From contig JAJYEX010000006.1 in the NCBI GenBank assembly GCA_021785515.1, positions 100,251 through 164,250 on the forward strand: DNA of 64,000 bases, given 5' to 3'. The notes beneath the pieces are model-generated. The model made no database searches. It was not told the DNA's origin and saw only the letters and a program-made list of their open reading frames with translations. The position numbers were made by a program, and so were the translations under genes. This DNA is from Pseudomonadota bacterium. GTDB taxonomy: Bacteria > Pseudomonadota > Gammaproteobacteria > Acidiferrobacterales > UBA6901. Shown here piece after piece: positions 44,201 to 52,012 of this stretch. Positions within the stretch are counted from its first letter, which is position 1; every line of letters starts with the position of its first letter.

Positions 44201-45603
44201 TTCGCCGCGATCGGAGCGGGCGGGCCGCAGGCGCCTGATGTCAGGAACTGGACCGCCAGGGGCTCGACCGCATATTTCACGCGCCGCTTGGGCCCCATTC
44301 CACGCGCCAGCCGCAACAGCTGCGTCGAGTCACGCCGCAGGCGCGTGAGCTCCATGCCCAACGCACGTCGACGCTGGGCGCGCGCGGCGGCCGGAGCTAG
44401 GCGGCTTGCATCCACCAGCTGGCCCAGCAGGGCGGGAATATGGTCAAACAGCGCCGGGCCCCTGTGAAGCGTCGTCGGCCATCGGCGGATGAGTGCAGCA
44501 TTGCGATAATCGGTGGTGCCGCGCAATGCCTCGGCATATTCAAGCTCCAGTTCATTACGAGTGTAACGGGAGCCCTTGCTGCGTATGCGCAGCACCGCAT
44601 CGGCAAAAGTCAGTGCGCTGGCAATGGCGGGGGCAACAAAGTTTGGATAGGGCACCTCCTGCCCGAGTCCGAGGCAGCCGCCGCCAACCGCCAGTCCGTC
44701 TCGCACCCACTGCGGCGTCTCGTCAACTCCCCCCGAACGGATCACCTTGGCGCCATAAGCGATTTGCTGCGCGCCTTCAAGATAGTAAGCAATGGACGAG
44801 AGCGCGCGCACCCGCTCAAACAGATGAGCGTGGTCGGCAACAGACTGCTGTGCCAGGCGCTCGAGCGGAAGCACCAGTCCAAGCGAGAGGGAGTTTTGGT
44901 TCGTATACAGGAAAGCGGTCACATTAAGCCGCACGGCATGGCCCGCGTAGCGACCGTTGCGCAACATCCATTCCTGCGCCACGCCTTCGCCCGGACTCAA
45001 TTGGAAGCGCTCCTCGATCCGGGCCGCCGGCAGGGAGAACAGCGCCTTGATGCCTTGCGCGTAATGCAGATGCGCCTGACGTTCCAGTCCCTCGCGTGCC
45101 AACAGCCCGGCCGCGTCGCCTTCCGCGAGAAAGACCACTTCGGCGTTGATCGCGCCGCGGTCAGTCGTTACGCCTACAACGCGGTCTCCACTGTAGCGCA
45201 GACCCGTCGCAGTCGTATCCGTGAGCAGCGTCACCCCAAATTCGACCGCGCGACTGGCCAGCCACCGGTCGAGCTTGGGGCGCAGGACCGTCCAAGCCTC
45301 GCCATAGTCGTTTCCCGCATGGGAGCGCGCCTCGAAGCCGGCCGCGTTGATGCCATCGTGCAGGAACAGGCTGCGACTGACGATGCGCCGTTCCTTGGGC
45401 GCCCGGGCCCACAGCTCCTGGCCGAGCACGTCTTCGCGCAGCAGGCCCTCCGCATGATAGACGCAGCCTGACCAGTTCTCCGCCCCGGCGTATTCGGCCC
45501 CCTCGATCAACATCACCGCAACTCCAGCGCGAGCCAGCCGCAGCGCCGCTGCGGTGCCAGCGGGCCCGGCTCCGATGATGAGGACTTCTGGCGGGGAGGG
45601 CAT
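38272..45603 (-). CDS. ~2,440-aa fusion: FixC/FixX (ETF-QO-like) + two acyl-CoA dehydrogenase modules + EtfB-like + EtfA
   Basis: GAGPAG FAD motif; CPAEVY...CIKCESC Fe-S motif; RVQF / QAFGGMAY; FALTEPAAGSD, KMWITNG, IYEGTNEVQR; C-terminal GASR..., QIGQTG, GISGAPQH, AINRDPGAPIF; uninterrupted ORF; start at ATG 45603 inferred. Confidence 0.9.
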   Translation of the reverse strand: MPSPPEVLIIGAGPAGTAAALRLARAGVAVMLIEGAEYAGAENWSGCVYHAEGLLREDVLGQELWARAPKERRIVSRSLFLHDGINAAGFEARSHAGNDYGEAWTVLRPKLDRWLASRAVEFGVTLLTDTTATGLRYSGDRVVGVTTDRGAINAEVVFLAEGDAAGLLAREGLERQAHLHYAQGIKALFSLPAARIEERFQLSPGEGVAQEWMLRNGRYAGHAVRLNVTAFLYTNQNSLSLGLVLPLERLAQQSVADHAHLFERVRALSSIAYYLEGAQQIAYGAKVIRSGGVDETPQWVRDGLAVGGGCLGLGQEVPYPNFVAPAIASALTFADAVLRIRSKGSRYTRNELELEYAEALRGTTDYRNAALIRRWPTTLHRGPALFDHIPALLGQLVDASRLAPAAARAQRRRALGMELTRLRRDSTQLLRLARGMGPKRRVKYAVEPLAVQFLTSGACGPPAPIAAKNDPLLQLAAQAIGHFYGRRLPEFSDRVAMVWRSMVRAPLVLPRVTRLSLGALAGGAALLSDLAAYRTGRLRLQALQQLPYHGYEEKAREKLDWGGAHRSPLSPTGWIAPLLRYRPDPRHITVPVDLGSAARQLRNVCPAEVYSLAGRLGGVASQHENCIKCESCRVTVPGVDWNRTSGHRFAYRVPGDSRSGLDSSVTSNLDPPPQDALHLIQSEITSWQRLYCSLRVRPAMVTAEWPRAWARLLGEVPASGLTHSTVVRLEAWLKRQAYGWMESETRALLEQAGALPVDTRGVREPGVHADLRRRHEWEQLQRYFSADRLKALAQAPWDLGSRNVLCAWIAAARSHRTTAVEWLATWSGALAWIAAGHYLAEICARRPIEHLIAAPLWREEDGSSNWLPAVAEVLVAADGSVLHAGGAVAHGAGADAAQPVRRLVEQDPGGFHATSAAAELGLALALGQAAELRRRAVDYASTRVQFRGELRDSEGRESIAKFGAVKQMLAGIEYACTLLGLARCWCEREPEQVLLLVRECMGPWMTAVPWLAGQAFGGMAYSEEDILAPRYRDAIVFSQWPGSRALGKTDPGFGARVLKWAPESDVDPVVSESLTCLADSHQHLGALAPPRAAILQRRPPAPVRPLRWKPHVRFAYHSGSFLNGQLLAPDSLLVPEHFRRDPLLRRTRADVLRLLRRGFRSPNRKQPYGRYIDEMHGMPPADIQLLRDFNAFATIVPEVFGGKNWSKAQYSVLTNLCMAEKDTATGLLIMASTSIGTMPVLLGLEKDLPRLRQETSGCLADTAGWQSLQDGLDRLIRIVERPERGALRRALEHTGALVQRLFLFPGSTLKYLVRDFLQLVQQTVAAAKASDLRALADCLQRARDGLPQARARLADEQGEIEARTGAHQRFLQFLACGQISAFALTEPAAGSDTGGIQTRALLREAEVQQDEHGLYRFNVDGKPRLLLDAQRLVFERRRPFFRLPDGRLASLDDSDWDMARNCGRRQIRTGDHTYPYDDIGTIVVRNGKACYRYWELSGNKMWITNGSVADRYCLYAQTGFGETGFMLERRSEGLHIGPNENKLGQRASPTNELTLDRVRVSADQMIGFAGHGQVNALETLSVGRGGLVMSCAALAERALRDFLPVWRKDPQLHGAAQAECDRLQTLAARLMGLMDRADLRQGDFRIEAALSKYLASEGAHRILGWLDTLYGADAAACEVMLEKWRRDIRILNIYEGTNEVQRFLVLKDLPALLREPAVSVHDNAELEQALQKFRQFTAARVAGLDSGLWQNPDLQARWFPVVDWLAELYGWAALHERVRLLESLGDPADRENIARLRDSETDIARHAREVADMIQADFARAERRAGPDPADAGLALARAALSRTGSAEDEPVAVGALVGDWGVVLRSRFEPVGGRLEWAGWNSADLAVLDRMLCWSDGCSSMRVKIAAIGPPGIADSLRRLQAAGAEVLHVVQPAGPVSASDAASVILGVWPALGRWALGCSAASAGDAAFVSGMSESIAAVLVKNVTAIGLRRRGLWLDDASWRRRYAADARRIALAWDLKPGDRATRYSVRSWLAALREPVPRAEVAGGLAPTAVRSQAPPPGTDLPQQFADANELAAWLQKRFGAGATSDRAAATRPGNSPLPDGTLWLTSTDTLAGAGRAPALQVLAGLGISFGVLAWHSAAATPPAPAALLAQPGFRGLWQLPINGEALPAALAGLLAGQLGASRRLILDAEHGALGAVLAARLGLRFLDGVSGISPRVVTCSSDGYEVEYPLPDAAVLVVGRGYSGPTLGASPSAVIPVSRLPVERLRSPALARSHDQPPAGLPTARLIVDVGLGAASRPDYPQLVPPLCAALARLSGTNVELGASRKVTQELKLLPVDRQIGQTGVRVAPALLVALGISGAPQHMGWIDPGAVVVAINRDPGAPIFSWSHQNPGPQVIRCVGAIEEWVPVLLQRLGTHGDLASDGEGFGGRRRPGS

Positions 45604-46192
45604 GATTTTATTCTTCCGTATCCTAGTAGTTATAGCAAAGCCGGGCAGGAAGACAGCGACCACCGGGCACGCTGGATTAATGGAGCATGGCGCGAGAGCC
45701 TGGGCGTAACCTTGGGTGGTGACCGACATGGGTGAGGGCCGCCTCTAACGAAAAGGTGGATGGACCGCAATCGGCAATATGTGGGTCGTGGGCAGCCCCG
45801 AGCGATGCGTTCAGGAAAGAAGGCGAATGAAGCGGCCATCGCGGGCTTTGGGAATATTGGGCTTCTGGCAGAGCGGGCGACCGGCAAACAGATTTAATGG
45901 TACGCCCGATGGAGGCGTTGCAGTGGAGCGACGCAACTTGGACCGCGCACCCCGACACAGCCGGACTTTTCGGGGCGCACCCGGGTCAAAGCACCGGTCG
46001 ATACTAAAGCGGTCAGTGCTTATGCCCCGTTTCTATGCCCCGGGCCACAGCAGCGGCGGCGTTGGTTGCGTGCTAGGGCGGTATGCAATTTTCCCTGAGC
46101 GCGGTAAATGCCCTTTTTTGCCAGCCCTGCTGCCAGTCAGCCCCGAGGCGCAGGGAATGGAAAGCATTAGATATGTAACCTATCATTTGTCC

Positions 46193-46221
46193 TATAATTA
46201 AATATTAGCAATGTCTAATAT
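46193..46221 (+). promoter_or_regulatory. -10 box and palindromic operator
   Basis: TATAAT at 46193-46198 followed by ATATTAG-CAATGT-CTAATAT (46202-46221) just before GGGAGG RBS. Confidence 0.65.
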
Positions 46222-46234
46222 ATTGGGAGGCAGC

Positions 46235-46717
46235 ATGGCTGACGCCGACAGGATCGCCTTGGCAGAGCGCGCTTATTGCACTGCTTTGCGCTATGAGCTC
46301 GATTACGGCTGTTGCCCCCAATGCGTACTGGTGACAATCCAGGAAATCGTGGGCCTGGTGGACGACGCCACGATTAAGGCCAGTCACGGCCTGTCCGGCG
46401 GTGGGGGGCTAAGCGGCAAAGGGGCATGTGGCGCCCTGGCCGGCGGCCTCCTGGCTCTGGGTGCCAAGCGCGGCCGTGATCGCGACAAGCTGAGCCAAGG
46501 TCGCGGCATGGGCAACTTTCAGAAGGCGCGCGAACTGGTCGACCGGTTCCGCTGTGAATTCGGCGGAATCACCTGCGAGGACCTTCAGCGGCGTTTCACC
46601 GGTCGCACTTACGATATGTGGAACCCGGCGGAATACACCGCTTTCAGTGAGGCCCGCGGCAACCAGTGCGCCCACGCCACTGCGACCGTCACCCGGTGGG
46701 TTGTCGAGATGCTCTAG
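46235..46717 (+). CDS. C_GCAxxG_C_C family putative redox-active protein
   Basis: GCCPQCV, GACGALAGG, FGGITCEDLQ, QCAH; ATG 46235 follows GGGAGG. Confidence 0.85.
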   Translation: MADADRIALAERAYCTALRYELDYGCCPQCVLVTIQEIVGLVDDATIKASHGLSGGGGLSGKGACGALAGGLLALGAKRGRDRDKLSQGRGMGNFQKARELVDRFRCEFGGITCEDLQRRFTGRTYDMWNPAEYTAFSEARGNQCAHATATVTRWVVEML

Positions 46718-46733
46718 GCTCTAGGCTCTAGGC
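46711..46733 (+). repeat. Short tandem repeat (GCTCTAG)x3 spanning the stop codon
   Basis: gctctag gctctag gctctag gc. Confidence 0.85.
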
Positions 46734-46926
46734 AGGTCGCGGACCCGAGGGTGCGCGCACCCGCAACACATTGGCCCCGATGTCCATTCCCGGATGGAAC
46801 CCCACACCACAGGCTGCGCGCGGCTGGGGAAAGTAACCGGAGCGGGAAATCCATCATGGCACGATGCGGGCCACATCGATTACAGTAACGAGATTGCCGA
46901 ACCATCAGGAAAACGGAGACCGCCCC

Positions 46927-47724
46927 ATGAACACACGCGTGATGCGGGCATGTTGCCGCGCATCGTTTGCTGGACTCCTCTTCGCAGCCTGGTTTCCCGT
47001 TCACGCTGCCACATTCCCCAGACCCGCCGCCAACAGCACGGTGGATGTTGCGGTGGCCGCCGACTTCATAGATACCCTCAAGGCCCTCGGCACAGCCTAC
47101 GCCCGTGCGGATGGAGGCCATCTGGTGATCAGCGCTGCATCGACCGGCACGCTGTACACCGAGATCCGCGACGGTGCGCCCTACGATGTGATGCTGTCGG
47201 CCGACGCCGCCACGCCCCGTCTTCTGGTTAAGCAGGGCCTGGCGGTAGCCGCGAGCCGCTTCACCTACGCACGCGGCCGCCTGGTTCTGTGGAGCCGCTC
47301 GCCGCGGCGCGTGGACAGCAAGGGTCGCGTGCTGCGAACGGGGAAATTCCGTCACCTCGCCATCGCCAACCCGCAATTTGCACCATACGGACAGGCTGCG
47401 CGCGCAGTTCTGCGCAATCTGGGCCTGTGGCATAGCCTGCATCCGCGCATCGTGTACGGGGAGGACGTCGGACAGACATTCCAGTTCGCCGCGAGCGGCA
47501 ATGCCGGACTGGCGTTTGTCGCACTGGCCCAGATCAGGGATCCGGCATTCAGGGTCAACGGGTCCTATTGGATCGTTCCGCAGAAACTGTACGCCCCGAT
47601 TGAACAACAGGCGGTACTGCTGTCACGCGCCCGCAACGATGCCGGGGCCCTCTTTTTTCTGAAGTTTCTACACAGCGCGCAGGCACGGGCAATTATCCGC
47701 CGTCATGGCTATGGCGTCGACTGA
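46927..47724 (+). CDS. modA: Molybdate ABC transporter substrate-binding protein
   Basis: VAVAADF, ASTGTLYTEI, AIANPQFAPYG, GEDVGQ, PIEQQAVLL. Confidence 0.95.
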   Translation: MNTRVMRACCRASFAGLLFAAWFPVHAATFPRPAANSTVDVAVAADFIDTLKALGTAYARADGGHLVISAASTGTLYTEIRDGAPYDVMLSADAATPRLLVKQGLAVAASRFTYARGRLVLWSRSPRRVDSKGRVLRTGKFRHLAIANPQFAPYGQAARAVLRNLGLWHSLHPRIVYGEDVGQTFQFAASGNAGLAFVALAQIRDPAFRVNGSYWIVPQKLYAPIEQQAVLLSRARNDAGALFFLKFLHSAQARAIIRRHGYGVD

Positions 47725-47782
47725 TCCGGCGCCGCTCACCCGGCGGAAATTTTTTTTACGGAACATGGGAGCAGGATAGGGT

Positions 47783-48466
47783 GTGAGCTTAACGGCCATG
47801 AACCTTTCCCCGGTATGGCTGACGCTGCGCCTGGCCGCGGTTTCCACCTCGCTGCTGCTGGTCATTGGTACGCCGGTCGCGTGGTGGCTCGCCCGCACGC
47901 GATCACTTTTCAAGCTGCCGGTCGAATCAGTGGTGGCGCTGCCGCTGGTTCTTCCGCCCACGGTGCTTGGTTTCTATCTGCTAGTTGCCCTGGCGCCGAC
48001 CGGTTTTCTGGGCAGGGCCTGGCACTCTATTGGTGGTGGTTTGTTAGCCTTCAGTTTCACCGGTCTGGTAATCGGATCGGTGCTGTATTCACTGCCCTTT
48101 GTCGTGCAGCCGCTCCAGACCGCGTTCGAGGCGATCGGTGAACACCCCCTGCGGGTGGCAGCGATGCTCGGTGCAGGCCCGGTGGACCGGTTTTTCACCG
48201 TCGCGCTGCCGCTTGCGCGGCGTGGACTCGTGACAGCGCTCACGCTCGGCTTTGCCCACACCGTAGGCGAATTCGGAGTTGTGCTCATGATAGGCGGCAA
48301 CATCCCCGGAAAAACCGAAGTGCTGTCCATCGCGATCTACAACCATGTGGAGGCGCTTGAGTACGGGCGGGCGCGCCTGCTATCAGCCGGGCTGCTTGTG
48401 TTCTCGTTCATGGTGCTTTTCATCGTACATTTCAGTAACCGGAGACTGCGGGCGCGCGAACCATGA
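47783..48466 (+). CDS. modB: Molybdate ABC transporter permease
   Basis: LPLVLPPTVLGFYL, FAHTVGEFGVVLMIGGNIPGKT. Confidence 0.96.
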   Translation: MSLTAMNLSPVWLTLRLAAVSTSLLLVIGTPVAWWLARTRSLFKLPVESVVALPLVLPPTVLGFYLLVALAPTGFLGRAWHSIGGGLLAFSFTGLVIGSVLYSLPFVVQPLQTAFEAIGEHPLRVAAMLGAGPVDRFFTVALPLARRGLVTALTLGFAHTVGEFGVVLMIGGNIPGKTEVLSIAIYNHVEALEYGRARLLSAGLLVFSFMVLFIVHFSNRRLRAREP

Positions 48467-49539
48467 GCCACATCGACGCGCGTCTGACACTGCGCCGAGG
48501 AAAATTCCTGCTGGAAGCGGCATTCCGGACGCCGGCGCAGGGCGTAACCGCCCTGTTCGGTCCGTCGGGTTGCGGAAAATCGACTCTTCTTCACTGCATT
48601 GCCGGTCTGGAGCCAGCGGTGCGCGGGCGGCTGTCCTTGGCAGATGAGGTATGGCAGGACAGCGAATCGGCGATCTTCATTCCGCCGCACCGGCGGCGCG
48701 TGGGCTATGTATTTCAGGATGCGGGCCTGCTTCCCCATCTGAGCGTGCGTGGCAACCTGGGGTATGGAATGAGGCGCGCCGGACGCGCACGGCAAGACAC
48801 GAATTTCGCGCGAACGGTGGAATGGGCCGGGATCGGGCCGCTGCTCGAGCGTCGCATCGAGGGACTTTCCGGCGGCGAGCGCAGCCGGGTCGCGATTGCC
48901 AGCGCTTTGCTGCGGGATCCGGTGATGCTGCTCATGGATGAGCCGCTCGCCGCTCTGGATGCGCAATCCAAGGCAGATCTGTTGCCGTATCTGGAGCGTC
49001 TGCACAGCGACCTGTCGATTCCCATCCTCTACGTCAGCCACGCCATAGACGAGGTTGCGCGCCTGGCTGATCATCTGGTCAGTCTCGAACCCGGGCGCGT
49101 CGTGGCCAGTGGTGCCCTGCATGACATGCTCACCCGTCTGGATCTGCCGCTTGCCCACAGCGACGATGCGTCCGCGATTCTCGATGCCGTAGTCACCGGA
49201 TTTGACGAACAGTTTCAGCTGGTGTTACTGGATTTTGCGGGCGGGCATCTGTCGATAGCCCAGCAGAAACTGCCCTTAGGCACGGCGGTGCGGGTGCGTG
49301 TCCTGGCACGTGACGTCAGCCTGAGTCTTGAACACCACCGCAATACGAGCATCCTCAATATCTTTCCGGCACAGGTGCTCGAAATCACGGAAGACCGGCC
49401 GGCACAGGCCATCGTCAGACTGGATGCGGGGGGGAGTGTACTGCTTGCGCGGGTAACGCGACGGTCGGTGCATTCGCTGCAGCTGGTTCCGGGTGCGGTC
49501 ATGTACGCCCAGGTCAAGAGCGTCGCGCTGTTACGATAG
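48463..49539 (+). CDS. modC: Molybdate ABC transporter ATP-binding protein
   Basis: GPSGCGKST, LSGGERSRVA, MDEPLAALD, C-terminal TOBE/Mop domain. Confidence 0.96.
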   Translation: MSHIDARLTLRRGKFLLEAAFRTPAQGVTALFGPSGCGKSTLLHCIAGLEPAVRGRLSLADEVWQDSESAIFIPPHRRRVGYVFQDAGLLPHLSVRGNLGYGMRRAGRARQDTNFARTVEWAGIGPLLERRIEGLSGGERSRVAIASALLRDPVMLLMDEPLAALDAQSKADLLPYLERLHSDLSIPILYVSHAIDEVARLADHLVSLEPGRVVASGALHDMLTRLDLPLAHSDDASAILDAVVTGFDEQFQLVLLDFAGGHLSIAQQKLPLGTAVRVRVLARDVSLSLEHHRNTSILNIFPAQVLEITEDRPAQAIVRLDAGGSVLLARVTRRSVHSLQLVPGAVMYAQVKSVALLR

Positions 49540-50025
49540 CGTGCCCGCGGCACCCTCGAAGTAATTGCGCAGAGTCCGGGTATGCAACACCAGACTCAGG
49601 ACCACGAACAGGCAGGCGGCGAGCAACCCGGCGACCACGCCCGTCGAACCCAGCGCACGCATCGCGTCGGCACGTTCGAGCCACGCCGACCAAAATGCGA
49701 TCATTGCGGGAAGCGCGCCAATAATTGCGGCCAGCGCCAGATTCCACCAGATGGCCATGCCCCGACTCCACGGGGTGCGGCGCAGCAGACCCAGAGCACA
49801 CACCGCGGTGTAGAGGGTGGCAAAACCGAGCAAACCGGTGTATGCCAGTTGTGAACCGGGCAGCGTCAGATTCCACTGGCGCGCCGCATAGACGTCACGT
49901 GCCCCGTGAGCGAGCGCGACTCCGGCCCAAAGGTACAGCAGCACATTGATCCGAACAACCAGCTTTTGCACGGAGATCCTACCCATGTCGGGCAATACCG
50001 GCCTGAAAAGCGGCACCCCGCCCAA
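49531..50025 (-). CDS. Hypothetical integral membrane protein (about 4 TM)
   Basis: Four hydrophobic segments; co-oriented directly after the PilZ gene. Confidence 0.6.
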   Translation of the reverse strand: MGGVPLFRPVLPDMGRISVQKLVVRINVLLYLWAGVALAHGARDVYAARQWNLTLPGSQLAYTGLLGFATLYTAVCALGLLRRTPWSRGMAIWWNLALAAIIGALPAMIAFWSAWLERADAMRALGSTGVVAGLLAACLFVVLSLVLHTRTLRNYFEGAAGTLS

Positions 50026-50033
50026 TGGGCACC

Positions 50034-50372
50034 TTATAGCAGCTCTGGCAACCTAGGTTTGGCAAAAACCAGCTTGATCAGAGGAACATAACCTTGGGAA
50101 CCGGTGCGGTCGAACAGCAGCCCCACGCCGTCAGTACTCGTGTGCACAATCTGGGCATGAAATTGCCTCGTCCGGCGCGGGGCAGCCGAGGGCACGTTCA
50201 CCGCCAGCTCAACCGAACCCTCGGGAACGGGCTTGGTTCCACGGAACTGCACAAACACCCCGCTGAGACTGATGTCCCGCGTCCTGCATGGCTGGGAGTG
50301 GTAGCCCCCGCCAGTAATCGTGGCGTCGAGCACGAATGGGATTCGCGGCGTATCACGACGTTCATTTGGCAT
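50034..50372 (-). CDS. Single-domain PilZ protein
   Basis: ERRDTPR (RxxxR) and DISLSG (DxSxxG), GVGLLF. Confidence 0.88.
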   Translation of the reverse strand: MPNERRDTPRIPFVLDATITGGGYHSQPCRTRDISLSGVFVQFRGTKPVPEGSVELAVNVPSAAPRRTRQFHAQIVHTSTDGVGLLFDRTGSQGYVPLIKLVFAKPRLPELL

Positions 50373-50473
50373 GACTGCCCTCCCCACTTCCTTGCCCCAC
50401 AACCCCGCACGGGAATCGACTCATCTTACCTCCAGCCACGGTTCCAATAAAACTGGTCCTTTCGTTGTACCCC

Positions 50474-51811
50474 TCAGACCTCGGAGCCCGGCGGAGCCGC
50501 GAGTGCGGGCCTGGTCTCTACGAACAACACATGCGGTGGCGGGGCCGTGTGGGCCTCTTCGATGGCACCGGCGACCCGCTCCATGAGCGCAGCCGCATCC
50601 TCACCGGCTGCCAGCAGACCCACCGCGCTGAAAAACGCCGGAAGCATGCGCGTCTCCCCCTCCAGCGGCAGATGAGTCTCGACGGCGCGCTTTTGCGCTT
50701 TTGCGAGCGCTCGCACCGCTCCATCACGCTGGACCCCGGGTAGCAGCACGGCAAACTGATGGCGGTCGTAGATGGCGACATAGTCGTAGGTACGGAAACC
50801 GGCCAAAATCTCCTCGGCGTAGCAGCGCAGAACCGCCTGTTCAGCGCCTTCGCCGTAACGGGCTATCAAGGCGTCAAGTTCTGCGATACCAATCAGCGCC
50901 ACCGCCAGCGAGCCGGTGTGGCGGCGCACACGCTCAATCTCGGATGTCAGCTGCTCGAGGAACGCTTCGCGGCGCGGCAGAACCGCGGTGCGCCGGACCC
51001 GCTTCCCGCCCGCCCGCACGGCCACGGTCTGTCGCGGGCTCCGGGTACGGCGCTGGCGCGCCCGGTCGAGCTCGGTACGCAGACGTTCGCGGTCCGATTC
51101 CACGGATTTGATGTGATCGGTAGCGCTGGCAAGCTGCCGCTCAAGCTCCATGCGTTCTCGCCGCAGCTCATCGAGGCTCCCGGCCCAGAGCTGTTTGAGA
51201 CTTCTAAAATCCTTGATGGCCCCGTATATTGCCCGCCAGGCACCAAGTTCCGACCGGCGCAAGCTCGCGTACCGCTGTTCCCCATCCCTTGCGATATGCC
51301 GATCACCCAGTGCGTGGTCCAGCCACTCCGCCAGACCCCCGTTGCCGTTCTCCGGTTCGTCCCGGGGCGGCACGGAACCGGACATCGGCAACTCATCGGT
51401 CTGCGGCTGGGGATACTGGTCAATGACAACCGGTTTGGGTGGCGCCGGCGTGAGCGGCTCTCCAATCCGGTTGATGGCATCGATATAGGACTGGAACGGG
51501 TTGTTTCGCACAGAGGCGCTGCCCGCTGGCACGAGATAGGGTGCGATGTGTTGCTGGATGACCCGGGCCTTGATGCGCAGTGCTGGCGGATTGTCGTCAT
51601 CGGAGGCATAGGCTCCAAGCTGGGCGTGCAAGCGGCCAACTGAAGCGCCACCCAGCTGCCGTCCCGATGCGGCCTCTTCGTTCTGATCGAGACCACACTC
51701 GAGGAGCCGCACCAGCCCACCGCCGTGGCCGCTGCGCCGCAGGCCTTCCACATGACGCCTCAGGGTTTGTGTCAGAGTCGGATCCGCGGAAACGAATTCG
51801 CTGACAGACAC
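50474..51811 (-). CDS. Degenerate GGDEF-domain protein with coiled coil
   Basis: Coiled-coil middle; RTYD I-site, DRHQF in place of GGDEF; C-terminus resembles the 24296 protein (CYAxEILAxFRxYDxVA). Confidence 0.75.
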   Translation of the reverse strand: MSVSEFVSADPTLTQTLRRHVEGLRRSGHGGGLVRLLECGLDQNEEAASGRQLGGASVGRLHAQLGAYASDDDNPPALRIKARVIQQHIAPYLVPAGSASVRNNPFQSYIDAINRIGEPLTPAPPKPVVIDQYPQPQTDELPMSGSVPPRDEPENGNGGLAEWLDHALGDRHIARDGEQRYASLRRSELGAWRAIYGAIKDFRSLKQLWAGSLDELRRERMELERQLASATDHIKSVESDRERLRTELDRARQRRTRSPRQTVAVRAGGKRVRRTAVLPRREAFLEQLTSEIERVRRHTGSLAVALIGIAELDALIARYGEGAEQAVLRCYAEEILAGFRTYDYVAIYDRHQFAVLLPGVQRDGAVRALAKAQKRAVETHLPLEGETRMLPAFFSAVGLLAAGEDAAALMERVAGAIEEAHTAPPPHVLFVETRPALAAPPGSEV

Positions 51812-52012
51812 TGGGCCGGTTCCTCAGAGCCACTGGATGTGGCGGGGTTGTCTTCAATAGAATGTACCGCTCCATGCAGGAAATAACAATACGTTGGGTG
51901 CAGACTTCCAACGGCAATCTAGATCAAGGTTGCAAACGAAGACCCAGATACGTTGCGGACCAGCCGCGATTCCTCGTCGCACCGCTGTGAGACGCTTGTT
52001 ATGATGCCGCCC

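Noticed and set aside
43159-45471. Long plus-strand ORFs (359 and 343 aa) antisense to the megafusion, and similar ones such as 6827-7783, 8781-9668 and 1535-2500
   Set aside because: Shadow ORFs from high-GC codon bias opposite well-supported genes; no motifs
45604-45729. Upstream in-frame extension of the megafusion to ATG 45729
   Set aside because: Homology begins at the GAGPAG motif just after ATG 45603; the extension looks like untranslated leader
46734-46926. Moco riboswitch or ModE box upstream of modA
   Set aside because: No recognisable Moco aptamer core or TATAT-N7-TAYAT-type ModE site
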